NCBI RefSeq assembly: GCF_009914755.1
Contig: NC_060926.1
Direction: 5' to 3' (one strand)
DNA from: the human T2T-CHM13v2.0 reference genome, Homo sapiens
DNA: 64,000 nucleotides
Position 1 is the first letter of the stretch; every line of letters starts with the position of its first letter. Under the pieces are notes generated by a model. That model was not told the origin of the DNA. It saw only the letters and a list, made by a program, of their open reading frames with translations, and searched no databases. Of the stretch, positions 38,475 to 55,518 are shown piece by piece. Position numbers and translations under genes: made by a program.

Positions 38475-40689
38475 ACCCAGTGAGCCTGATTTGGGCCTTG
38501 CTGCCCGATCACGACCATCTCTGGAGTCCTGGTGTCTGTTCCCACTGGGACCTGTGCCGCTGTCCCCCTCTCCACGCCCTGGCCACGCCAAGCCACCCTC
38601 CTGACTCACCCACAGGAAGCTGCCCTGGCCCTGGAGCCTGCCCCGTGAGCCCCTCTGCTTGCTGGTTCAATGGCCCTCCAGCAGCAGTGGCTGTGGCAGC
38701 TGGGTTCTCGGCATCTTCAGACACGGATTCTTGAGCAGCAGGATGGGGCTCCATCTCCCTGCGTGCAGAGCCTGCCACAGATCTCCCTCATCCACTGGCT
38801 TCTGTGCTGACTTCGGATGAAGCCAGTGGTGCCGCCTATTGGGGTACAGCAACTCAGGGCGAACAGTGAGGGGCGGCTCACCAAAGAAATACCCCGCAGG
38901 GCAGTGCCCAAGCCAGAGGCTTGAGCTGGGTCGGAGCTGCCCTAGATCCCTGGGTTTGTGGGCGGACAGGTCCTGTGCAGGGCGCCTGATGGTGCAGGTT
39001 GAGGTGGGACAGTTGGGGTCAAGGTATTTCTCAGGCACAGTGCCTATGAAGGGAAGACAGTTGCAGGGACTGTGTCCATGTCAGGATAGACTGGTGGGGA
39101 CCCCGTGAAGAGTTCTGGAGCAAACCCTGCCTGCAGGGCCCCACCTGGGCTGGCCAGGCCCTTATGTTGAGCATCCCTTCCCCCAGGCCCTCAGGAGCCA
39201 CTGTCCCCGAGGCAGGCCCTGAAGGTGGCGGCCACACCCTCCTGCTGGGCAGCTCTGCCCAAAGGCCACAGCCAGGACCTGCTTCCCGCGTCCCAGGGTA
39301 CTGCCTGAGAGGAGGCCTCGAAAGCGCAGGGTTCCGTGACTTTAGAGGCCATGGTTGGCACCCATCATCGCCCCAGTGTAGATTGGCTCCACTCGACCTG
39401 GCTGCTTTGGCCATTTGGTCTACCAGCTGGAACCATGTTCCTGGGTGTGGAAAACGCTCCCTCCGAAGCCTGCGGAGAGCCCTGAGGCCTTGTGCTTCCT
39501 TCTGATGGGAGGTTCCAGACGCAGTTGGAGGGGATGTCTGGCAGGGCTCTAACCCCCAGCCAACCTAAACATTTCTGGTGCAGAAGGCCCCGGCCTGGTG
39601 TTGTTTGTCCCTGGCTGCCTCCTGCTCTGACGCCATCAGCATCCTGTTGCCAAGGTCATGGATCAGTGCGGTGCTCTTCAGGGTGTCCGGCCAGCTGGGG
39701 TCTCTGTCCTGTATTCCGGCAGAGGCCCCAGGAAAAACAGCAAATGCCTTTGTCCATTCCATACAAATTTCATATAAATGTGAGCAGCTTCTGATCTTCC
39801 GTGGCGTATTCGTCCAGTTGATGGCCAACCCTGGGTACCTGGACCTCCAGGACCTGCTGCACTGGGCTGCCCCTCAGCTGTGTGTGCACTCGCCACGTGG
39901 CCCTCCAGGAATCCCACCCCACGGGGCCACACTGAACCAAATGGAGAGAGCAGGGCCACCACCCTCTCTCCGCATGCCACGGCTGCTCTGGGACCCGGGC
40001 AGGAGGGGACAGTCTTGGCCTTCCAGTGTCCCTCTTGGCCTTCCCACGGCCATCTCTACCCCAAGGATGCAGCAGAGAGATCGGTCGCTCCCCAGGTGTC
40101 AATCCCAGTCACAGGCTCAGAGACCGGGACATGGCCCCGGGTGGGTCTGTAGGCCCTGTGGGCTCATGTGAGCTGGTCCTGGGCAGGACTCCATTATTAA
40201 CTGCCTGTGATGTGTCCCACTGTCATGGAGCCCTGGTGACTCTTGGGGACCAGCATCAGCTCGGGGCCTGTGTGCTCAGTGGTTCCCAGATGCCTGGATA
40301 TTCTCTTCCTGGTGCACATAGTCCCCGGGGAGGTCCTTGTCATGCACACTTGCTGATGTGGGGAGTGTCCTTCATCTTGCAGGCCTGGCCACCTCTTCAG
40401 TCAGCAGATACCTGGGCTGAAAACCGACTCGGGCAGTGTGGGCCCAACTGGGGCTCTATCGGAGTGACCACCCTCAGCCCTCCTGGACCCCTCTGCCGGC
40501 TCCACCTGAGCGCTGCCCTCGCTGGCAGCCCTGCGTTGCTCTGCTGCCATTCCATAAGCCCTGCAGGCAGGCCCCTTGGCGCCCTTCAGCCGTGTTCATG
40601 ATTGTCTCCTGGCCTCTGCTGTTTAGAGGTCTAATGCCCTCTGCCCCCGGCGAGCCAAACCCAGTGATGGTGGTTCCTGCCACCAGCTT

Positions 40690-40930
40690 CCTGTGGCACC
40701 GCTGCCACTCCCGCCAGGCTCCTGGGGCACCGCCGCCACTCCCGCCAGGCTCCTGGGGCACCGCCGCCACTCCCGCCAGGCTCCTGGGGCACCGCCGGCC
40801 ACTCCCGCCAGGCTCCTGGGGCACCGCCGCCCACTCCCGCCAGGCTCCTGGGGCACCGCCGCCACTCCCGCCAGGCTCCTGGGGCACCGCCGCCACTCCT
40901 GCCAGCCTCCTGCGGCACAGCTGCCACTCC
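40690..40930. repeat. 31-32-bp GC-rich minisatellite, about 7.5 copies
   Basis: Unit GCCACTCCCGCCAGGCTCCTGGGGCACCGCC. Confidence 0.95.
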
Positions 40931-42799
40931 CTATTAACCAGCATGGCACAGGTGAGCGGTGTGACCTTGGTCTTCCCAGGGAACCAGTGCTTGGCAGCTC
41001 ACACCACACACGCCTACGCCCACCCTCCACCAGCCACAGCAGTTGTGGCATCTCTACCCTGCCCAGCAAAAGTGGAAGTGTTGCCTGTGCCGCTAGGAAC
41101 CTCCAGGTTTACTCCACCTCCAGGGGCCTTGCCAGGGTGTCAAACCTGTGTCTCGGGACACTGCTGTTAGGTCTCCAGCTTCCCTATCAGGCGCCTCAGC
41201 ACCCAGTCCTACCAGTGCTCCCGCCTCCCGTCCCCAGCTGGCTGGGCCTGCAGCCCCCTCCTGTGCCCCGAGCTGGCCGGGCCCGCAGCCCACTCCCTGG
41301 TCACTGGATGTTGCTGACACTTCACTCGGTCAGAGCCCTAGCACCCAAGGGGGGCCAGGGCCTGACGGGGGTGGAGCGAGGGGTGGGCCGCGTCTCTGCA
41401 GGCTCAGAAGCTTCCTAAGAGGCTGGAGAGTGGAACCTTCAGGCACCACGCACTGCCTCCTCCCTGCCCACGGTCCTGGGTTCTCCAGATGGGGCCTTGG
41501 CCTTGGCTAGGTGTTGATCAGGAGCTGGGAGTGCTGCGCCCCGCCCAACTTCTCCAAACTCCAGCCAGGGCACCTCAGTGAGGCCTCAGCCACCTGCGCC
41601 TTATTTGCTTCCTCCTTGGAGGCCCTCGTGTCTGTTCATTCATCAAACAGCAGCTGGGGCCCCCAGCAGACCCCCTTCCCCAACTTTCCCACTGGACACT
41701 GGAACCAGTTTCACAACTGGACTGGACAGGACGACCACCTTGTGCCAGGCGCCAGCTATCTCCCCTGACCAGTGATGGGTCCTCATTGCCCGTGGGCCGT
41801 GAGTGACCCAGTTCCAAATCCCAAATTAGTGACTCTCTTCTCCAATGGGGGTTGGATTCTCCAGAAGCAGAGGCAGACATAGAATTTGGGTGCAAGGTAT
41901 TTCGGAGGGAAGGTGGAAGAGGTGGGGTTGGTGAGGGAGAAGCCTGGAGTGTCGGTGGCCGGGGTGCCCCCACCTGGCTGAAACGCCTGGTCTTTGTGCC
42001 CTGCCTGGCTCAGCCTCCCCAGGCAGACTACCCCATGGCATCCCTGGACAAGGCTGCCCCCAAGAACGCTGCCCACAGCCCAGCCATGGGCCTTCCCTTG
42101 GGGCTCCCGCCCCGGCTCACACCTGCTGGCCAGCGTATTTACTCCTTGCTGGCTGCACCCTCTCAGCAGTGGCTGTGTAGACCATAACCCTGGGAACACC
42201 TGCGGGGAGAAGCGCCCTTGGCCTGGCGGCTTGGGGGAGACACCTGGGGTGTCAGGAGGGAAGGAAGGCAAGCAGGGGTGAGGCACTGTGGGACTTTTCC
42301 TGCTTTCTGGGCCAGTGGCCACAGGCCACCCAGTGACATTTCTCTCTCAGCGTCTGCTGGGGTGGACTCTGCAGCGGCTGCAGCCAGCCTGGATGGGCTC
42401 CTCGCACAGCTCTGCTTGAGGGTGAAGGCCATCTAGAAACCCTCAGTCCCCTCTCAGCCTCAGAGCTGATAGCGCTGCCTGACCATCAGCAAGCTTGTAA
42501 TCAGCACCACCTCCAGCATGCCTGCTCCTGGATCTCCGTGAGGCTCCCCTGCCTGTGTCACCCAGGGGCCTCTAGGGGTGCTCTGGAGCTGGGAGCCACT
42601 GTCCAGCACTTCCTGCCCTCTCCGGCCTCTCTTGGCTGTCTGCCAAGCAGTCACTCAGTCTCCTATTGACCACTCGTTTTGCCGCAAGGCTGCTGGTTTA
42701 CGTGAAAATAGAGAAAGCCAAAGAGTTTCCTCACCCCTGTAAGATTTACTGGCTCTTCTGGCATTGCACCTGCCTGAGTTCCTTGGTGGGGCCCCTCTT

Positions 42800-43150
42800 T
42801 GAGTTCCTTTGGGCTGCTGTAACAAAGCACCATAGCCTGGGCAGCTCGTAAACAGTGGAAATGTGTTGCTCTTTGTTCTGGAGGCTGCAAGTCCAAGATT
42901 GAGGCACTGGAAGACCTGGTGCCTGGTGAGGACCTGCTTCCTGGTCCAGAGACAGCACCTTCTCTCTGTGTCCTGATGTGGTGGAAGGGCAAAGGAACTC
43001 CCTGGGGCCCGTTTTATGTGGGCACTCATCCCATTCGTGACGCCTCTGCCTTCATGACCTCATCACCTACCAGAGGTCCCCACCTTTTCATTCCTCACCT
43101 TGGGGATGAGGACTTCAGTATGTGAATTTCGGGGACATAAATGTGTCATC
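42800..43150. mobile_element. MLT1-type MaLR LTR
   Basis: GGGCTGCTGTAACAAAGCACCA..GTTCTGGAGGCTGCAAGTCCAAGAT..CTTCATGACCTCATCACCT. Confidence 0.75.
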
Positions 43151-43399
43151 TATAGAAGGGCCCATCTCTTACACAAATGCTGGGTCCCCAGTGGCCTGTG
43201 TCCTAGCAAATGAGAGCCACCCTGAAAAATAAAATCCTGTCTCCCCAACGCCAGCCCTGGCAAGGCACCCAGAACTCTCCGGAATGCTTGAAGGCAGGGC
43301 CTGGCCTTTCCATGGGGTCCAGGGCTGTGGGGTCCCTGGCGGTACTGTGGGCCTGCAGAGCGGGGCATGTGGGCTGAAGACCGTCTCCCCACCATGGTG

Positions 43400-43800
43400 G
43401 GAAGGGACAAAGGGTGGCCCTGGCAGATCCGGACGGGCAGGACTGGGTGTGTCCCATGAGAGCACCTCCTTCCTGGCCTTTCCTGTGGACTTTGTCCCAC
43501 ACCACCTGCCTGGGTTCCTTCCTTTAGTCACTTCCAGCTCCAGGCACAGCAGTTGGTGACTCCTTGGTGGGAGCCGTGTCCCACCCGGTCCTGATACTGC
43601 CGTCTTCTCTTTCACAGTCCTCCAGGCTTGGGCCAGCCTTGGGGGCAGCAGAGCTTCTGGGGTGAGTGTCGAGATCCTGTGTCCTGAGAGCGGTAGTCAG
43701 GGAGAGGGCTGGTCGGGGCAGGGCTGCCCGGGCAGGACACAGGATGCGGCCGGCCAGGCTGGGGCCAAGGTGTTCAGACCTGGACTTTGGGCTCGTGCTT
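43400..43800 (+). promoter_or_regulatory. GPR35: Candidate distal GPR35 promoter / non-coding first exon with HNF4-type sites
   Basis: TGGACTTTG at 43486 and 43781; donor G|GTGAGT at 43662. Assignment to GPR35 is from recalled locus structure. Confidence 0.55.
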
Positions 43801-44477
43801 TCTTCATGGTTGCGCCTTGCTCGCTGTCCCTTGGAGTCTTCATTTGGTTTTGCTTTTTTTGTTTGTTTGTTTTCACCTAATTTTTGCCAGACTTAAGCTA
43901 GTTTTGCTGCCTTTTGAAACTAGTGGAAGAATCATTTTATTCCTGGGGATAATTTGGGGCCTTTTGATCCCAACGTGAAGCCCTGCACATGGCTGCTTCA
44001 TCAGGGGAAGGGTCTTTTCTGCTTTGGAGGAAAGGCTTTGGCAGGCAGGCTGACCTGGGAGTCTCCGGAGCTCTTGGCTCTCTGTAGCATCCTGGGGAGC
44101 TCAGACCATGGCTGCAGGGCTCTGGCCATAGCTTGCAGGCCATCTGGTTAGTGCTGCCCCCCAAACCCGGCCATTCCTCTCTAGTCCCCAGCAGGTATAG
44201 CCAGTGTCCACATAGACAGCACTGCCTCAGATCTGGGCTGGGACCACAACACTCACTCAGGGATCCCAGGGAACATGGCACCAGGTTTAGTAGGTTTAGT
44301 CGGGCATATGCAGTGTCCCTTACCCAGGTCAAGGCTCAGGCTGGGCCCATCTTAGCTGCCTGGGACACCCAGTCCTTTTATGAATCTGCCAGGGGAGGAG
44401 CAGCCAGGCTTGGGCTGGGGCCTGGATGGACGTGACATCGGGCACTGTGGCATTGTGTGCCTGTCTCTGTGTTGCAG

Positions 44478-44703
44478 CTGACATGGGCTCATTGCTCCTT
44501 CTCCAAGCCCTCTGAGGACATCAAAAGCGTGGACGCATCACTTTCCACCATCTTGCTGCCCACTGTCCCTCCATCCTGAGGCCTCCTAAGCACATGTGTG
44601 GGGTGGCAGGCACACTGCTGATAGCTGTGGATGCGGCCGTGACATCCTTCACCCCTGCCCCCATGGCATGCATGATCCATTAGGGAGGACCGTCTGCACA
44701 AAG
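44478..44703 (+). other. GPR35: Candidate non-coding (5' UTR) exon of long GPR35 transcripts
   Basis: CTGTCTCTGTGTTGCAG| acceptor and AAG|GTAATC donor; contains several ATGs. Confidence 0.55.
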
Positions 44704-45164
44704 GTAATCCATTGACTCAGACAGGGGGTTCATAGAAGAACAGGTGAGAGTGGCAGGGGGGGTATTCCTTGACCAGCTGAGGGTCAGCCAAGGGCAGGAA
44801 AGGGGCTGGGCACCCTCAGGGAATTGAAAGAAGCTCTCTGTGCCTGCAGTGCGGGGAGTGGGCTTGGAGAATATGGCAAGAGCTGAGGCTGGAGATGTAA
44901 GCAGGGGCCTTAAGTGTTGTTTAAGGAGCCTGAGTCTTATCTCCTGGGCAATTGGGAGCCACTACATAGTTTAAAGCAGGGCCTAACATACATATGTTTG
45001 AAATCTTTCTCTGGCTGAAGTCTCGAGGATGAATTGGAAGTAGAGGACCAACTAAAAAGTTGTTGCAGACATTAAGGTGGTGTCCTGGGTTAGGTGGGAG
45101 GTGATGGAGAGGAGAATAGGCTAGTGTTGACATATACCCAGGAAGCAAAACCATTGGGGCATGG

Positions 45165-49630
<4,466 letters not shown>

Positions 49631-50279
49631 TGATTGGATGTAGGAGGAATGGGGGGAGAAAGATTCCAAAATGACACTGACATATGTGGCCTGGGTAACA
49701 AGAGGAACCACTCTCTGAGATGGAGACTTTGAAGGAAGATTAGTTTGGGGAGTGATGAAAGGGCTGGATGATGTGGTCAGTTTTGGACAAGTTGCATTTA
49801 AAGTGCTTCTGAGGCATCCAAGAGGAGATACCTGGTAGACATTTCTTTACAAGGTCCAGAGCTCAGGGCAGTGTCCGGGGCTGGAGCTGGCTCTAGGGGT
49901 GAAGGGCAGAGGGGTGACTGTTGAATGAATGGGAACAAGGTAGTCTGTGGATGCAGAACGTGCGATGGGACAGGAAGAGTCCAGGACCAAACCCTGAGGA
50001 GCCCCAACATTTTAGGGACCCAAATGCAGGACAGTAGAGATGAAAGGAGAGGCCAGCGAAGGAGCAAAACAAGGAAGCGTGTGTCATGGAGGCCACACGA
50101 GGAAGTGGCTTTGTGGTTACTTCTGGGACATTGGCAGAAGGATGTTTCAGGGCAAAGTGCAAGGGGGCCTCAAAGATCATCTTAAGTTCTGTTCCTTCAC
50201 TTTCACGGTGGGTGCATTGGTGTTCATTTAGATCTACTCAACATCTTATTAAAACATTTTTTAAAAAGGACTAGGGACT

Positions 50280-50694
<415 letters not shown>

Positions 50695-51509
50695 TCAGCA
50701 GGTGGACCCCGAGGGGGTGTGAGGAAATGGACTCTGTGAGTGGGAACTTCTCTTTCAGAGGAATTTGCAAGACTGGCCTGAGCCGCACACGGCTCTTCAG
50801 CAGGGCTTGGCAGCCAGCGGGGCCTCGGGAGGAGGCAAACAGCTGATCAAATCCGGGCTTCTCCAGAGGAAGAAGGGGAAGGGCAGGTCTGGGGAGGTCA
50901 GAGCGTGGGTGAGAACCGTGGCCATGGGTGGGATCCACATCCCAGCCTGCAGGGCCTCCTGGTGATGGTTCTCCAGAATTCTGCGATTGGAGCTGTGCTC
51001 ACAGAGTCACTGTCCCCGACCTCCCAGGGGCGCGGACATAACCCAGCCTCAGCTGCAGACAGCAGAGACTCTGCACAACTGCAGAAGCTGAGCAATCAGC
51101 CTCATCAGTGGCAATTCCTGGAACTCCAACCTCAACTGTAACATGAGCTGTGGCAGACCTTCAGTAACCCCAGACGAGGAGTGAGACAGAGCCTGATAGC
51201 TCAGGGACCAGCTGGGATGCTCAGTAAACAAGAGCTCCAGAAGATACGCGGAACAGGAGAAGGTGAAGTGTGGGGACAGCAGGCGCTGCAGGCCACCCAG
51301 AAGGAGGAGGAGAGGGGACAAGAAACACTGACCAGGCCTTCAAGATGAGGAGTGAGCAGAGAGGACAGCAGAACATGGGAAAACCTACCTGGCACTATGA
51401 GGGTGGAGAGGGGAGTGTTGGAGGGTGTGCATTTGAGTGCAAGTGTGTAAAAGAGGCCCTGGACAAGGAGTGAAGAATCTCATCAGATGGTTAAAGTGAG
51501 GGAGCACCA

Positions 51510-52500
51510 AGTAAACCATAATGAACCATAAGTCATGTGGACCCCAACCCTAATGCTAATCATAAACCTAAACCTCGTGTGGCCTGGAACCCTAACCTGA
51601 ACCCAAATCCTAACCATAACCCTAACCATAACCATAAATCATGTGGACTCCAACCCTAATGCTAACCATAACCCTAAAATTCAGGCAGAACCGAACCTAA
51701 CTCGAACCCAAACCCTAACGAAAACTCTAACCCTAACCCTAACTCAATTCAAACCTTAACCCTAAACCTAACCATAACACTAACTCCACCCTATTCCGAA
51801 CCTTAAAGCTAATTAACAATGCCTCATATGGACCCGAACCCTAACCCTAACCGAAACCCTAACTCTAACCCTAACCCTAACTCAACCCAAACCTTAACCC
51901 TAACCATAACACTAACTCCAACTACAACCATAACCCTAACCAAAACTCTAACCCTAACCCTAACTCAACCCAAACCTTACCCCTAACCATAACACTAACT
52001 CCAACAACCATAACCCTAACCGAAACTCTAACCCTAACCCTAACTCAACCCAAACCTTAACCCTAACCATAACACCAACTACAACCCTAACCCTATCCCG
52101 AGCCCTAAACCTAATTAACAATGCCTCATGTGGGCCCTAACGCTAACCCTAACCATGCCTCATATGGACCCGAACCCTAACCCCTAATTCCAACCCTAAC
52201 CCTAAGCCTAACCCTAACACTAACCCTAGCCAAAACCCTAGCACTAACCCTAACTCCAACCCAAACCCTAATCCTAAGTCTCATGTTGACCATAACCTGG
52301 CTCAAACCCTAACCTGAACCCTAACCCTAAGCCTTGTATTGACCACAGCCTGGCTCTAACCCTAACCCTGACTCTAGTCCTCACTGTAATTCTACCTCTA
52401 GCCTTAATTCTAACCCTAACTCCAATCCTAACCCTAATCCAAATGCACCCTCTGATCCAAACAACTCTTCAGCCAATGTCAGACCTCACCTTAACCGTCA
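51510..52500. repeat. Degenerate interstitial telomere-like array (CCCTAA)n
   Basis: Many CCCTAA hexamers mixed with CCATAA, CTCTAA, CCCGAA and CCCAAA variants. Confidence 0.92.
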
Positions 52501-52888
52501 CCTTCACGATCACCATTCCAGTTCTCCCTTCAGACTTCCCAGGGACTTGAGCCAGCCCCTGGCCCCCAGGCCTTGGTTTCCCCACCTGTGCAGCATGGAT
52601 TTGGGGCTGAGGGTACAAAGACTGGCACCCACCTGAGCCGTTGGAACAGGCCTGCCCCTGGTCCCGAGGAGGACTCTGCTCTCCCGGTTCTCCCCTTGCC
52701 CATGTGGAAGGGGGCTCATCCCCCAGCATGGGTGCTTCCTGCCTGGTGTCCATCTCTGTGTGAGTTCCTTTAGGGAGGGACCGGGTAGGCGCAGTTGGCA
52801 TGGCACCGCCATGCCCCTGGCTCGGGCTTATGCGGGCTGACAGTCCTGTCCCTCCACCCAGAGGCCCCTCCAATGATGTAGCTTATCA

Positions 52889-53232
52889 GAGTGTGTGTGT
52901 ATGTGCACATGTGCATGTGTGTATGTTGTATGTGTATATATCTATGTATGTATATGTAGTATCTATATATATGTGTATGTGTATATATGTATATATGTGT
53001 GCATATATATGCATTTGTGTGTGCTTGTGTGTATGCATGTTTATGTGTGTATTTGTATATGTATCTATGTGTGTTTATATGCGAGTGTGCATGTGTGTAT
53101 GCAGTGCTTGTGTGATGTGTCTGTTTTTATGTGTGTGCATGTGTATAGTATATGTGCATGTGTGTATGTTTACATGTGTCTGTGTGTGTATGTATATGCC
53201 TGTGCTTGTGTGTGTGTGTGTGTACACATACA
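52889..53232. repeat. Degenerate (TG/TA)n microsatellite
   Basis: Alternating purine-pyrimidine low-complexity run. Confidence 0.92.
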
Positions 53233-54476
53233 CGTGGACAGGCGAGGGAGAAGCTGTATTGCACCACCACCCAGGCCCTTCGAGCCCAAGTGCAGTCTCC
53301 CCAGGGCTCACGAGGCCCCAGCACGCTGCCCTCCTGCTCAGATGGTGCCCAAAAGCCCCTTGCCGAGTCCTCTCTAAGCCTCATGTAGACCCGTGAGTCC
53401 CTTCTCCGTCTGTTTCCCCTGCCTGTGATGCTTAGGGATCGTTCATTTCAGGGCCAGTGAGGAAACCCCATCTTCTCCTGCACTGCCGTGGAGTTAAAGG
53501 AGAAGGCCACAACACACTCCCACGTTTTCTACAGACTAGCAGTGGGGTGTTTGGCCACCTTTGGTTTTGACCTTTTATTTTGGAAATGTTCAGACTGAAA
53601 TAAGCAGAAGTGTAATAACCCCTTGTGCCCATCACCCCACCTTTGGCAAGAGCCAAAGAGTCACAACTGATTGTGCTTCACCACACTCCATCTATGGGCT
53701 CAAAATGTTTTGAGATAAGTGCCAGACATCATATCCTTCTATCTACAAAAAATGCCACATGAATAAAAGATAAGGACTTTTAAAAACACATGACCACAGT
53801 AAGCATTATCACATCTAGCCAAGAAATGAACCTTTCCTTAATTGCAACAAACAGGAGTTAACTTTTACATTTTCTCTACTTCTACAATTTTTTAGAGAAC
53901 AGTAAGGTAGACTTTATTCAACGGAGGCTACCACAATGGAGTTTTGCAGCAGGGAAGGGAGATGAGGCTCAATTCCCACCTTATACGTTTTTAAAAAGAG
54001 CTTATTTGGTTGAATTGGATCTGAGGAGTCTGGCTGCAGGCCAAAATCCTCTGTGTGATCATTCAGGCCCAACCGCAGTTGTTGCCAGCAGGCCCCACAG
54101 GAGAAGCAGCCCTCCTGCCCCAGACGGCACTTTCCACCCTTAGCCTCCTCCACGGTTCCCCAGGCCAGATCCTTTTGTTTGAGCCTTCTGTTTCGCCTGC
54201 TTGGTAGTGAGATCATCTCCCCATCTGCCTGATGTCATCCAGGGGGCAAAAATGGGACGTAGAGGAGCCGGCACCTTTTTCCTTCTGTTTGCCTCTTGCC
54301 TGCACTATTGCAGTCGTGAATACAGGCCTGAGGGTGACCTTCCATTGGGCTCGTGGTCCCAACCTCGACAGCAGTGGCTCCACAGGATGCATACGAGGTC
54401 CCCGCGGTCCCGGCCGACATACCTGTTGGGTTCTTAGTTGGCAGCTTCCTCCTCCTTCTCTCTATTCCCCTCCTAG

Positions 54477-54600
54477 GTCTCTTGCCCTGTGCAGCTTCCT
54501 GCAGACTGGACTTGCAAAGTCCAGCCTGTATGGCTGGAGTTCCCATGCCTGCCAATCTCCTGTCGACTGCGAGTCAGCTCCGATACTTCACCAGATTCAG
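54477..54600 (+). CDS. CAPN10: Distal alternative exon: coding in a short CAPN10 isoform, probably 5' UTR in long GPR35 transcripts
   Basis: Long polypyrimidine tract + TAG|, and CAG|GTGAGA donor. Reads VSCPVQLPADWTCKVQPVWLEFPCLPISCRLRVSSDTSPDS in phase 0 after CAPN10 exon 2. Confidence 0.65.
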
Positions 54601-54714
54601 GTGAGAGTTTTGGTTTTTTGACAAGCCCACTTCATCAGCAGGGCATGCATTTCTGCCAGGGGTCTCATGATATCTGGTGGTCTCTTTGTGAGGCCAGCAG
54701 CCACCAATGATCAC

Positions 54715-55518
54715 GAATGTGGCAGGAAGCTGCCAAGAGACCCCCCAGTGGGTGATTCCTGCCTCCTGCTGTCATGCAATTCCCTCCTGAAGGGTGGCTG
54801 GACTTACTCACTTATAACAAACAATACAGTAAAAAAAAAAAAAAAAAAAAAAAAGTGATGTGTTGTCTCTTCCGTGATTAGGTTGAAAGAGACCATGGCA
54901 TCTGTCTTGGATGCATACTCTCTCTCGCTGGCTCTGGGGTAGCCAGATGCCATGCTGTGTGCTGCCCTGTGAAGAGGCATGGCCAGTAAGGAACTGAGGG
55001 CAGGAACCAGGGAAGATTTGGGGTCCTCAGGCCAGCTGCCCATTGGGAATGAAACTCTACCAACAGCCACCTGGGGGAGCTGGAAGTGAATCTCATCTTA
55101 GCTGAGCCTTCTGATGAGACTGCAGCCCCAGCTGACACCTGGATTGCAGACTCATGAAAGACCTGAAACTCTACCAACAGCCACCTGGGGGAGCTGGAAG
55201 TGAATCTCCTCGTAGCTGAGCCTTCTGATGAGACTGCAGCCCCGGCTGACACCTGGATTGCAGACTCATGAAAGACCTGAAACTCTACCAACAGCCACCT
55301 GGGGGAGCTGGAAGTGAATCTCCTCGTAGCTGAGCCTTCTGATGAGACTGCAGCCCCGGCTGACACCTGGATTGCAGACTCATGAAAGACCCTGAGCAGA
55401 GGACCCAGTTTGGCAGAGCCCGAATTCCTGACCCACAGGAACTGGGAGATAAAACTCTGTGGTTTTAATCTTCTCATTTTAGAGGTAATTTTTTTGTGTA
55501 GCAATAGGTAGCTGACAA
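54715..55518. mobile_element. MLT1(E/F-like) MaLR LTR containing a 114-bp tandem triplication (55051-55392)
   Basis: GAGCCTTCTGATGAGACTGCAGCCCC..GAATTCCTGACCCACAG; repeat units start at 55051, 55165 and 55279. Confidence 0.8.
55067..55089 (+). CDS. CAPN10: Candidate terminal coding stub (ATWGSWK*) of the short CAPN10 isoform; equivalent copies at 55181 and 55295
   Basis: CAACAG|CCACCTGGGGGAGCTGGAAGTGA; exon 1 + exon 2 + 54477-54600 + this stub gives 139 aa, the length I recall for calpain-10g. Confidence 0.55.

Noticed and set aside
52800-53396. Cys/Val/Met/Tyr-rich ORFs
   Set aside because: Translation of a (TG/TA)n microsatellite.
54878-55504. 208-aa minus-strand ORF with three 38-aa repeats
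   Set aside because: Comes from the 114-bp triplication in an MLT1 LTR; no homology or expression signals evident.
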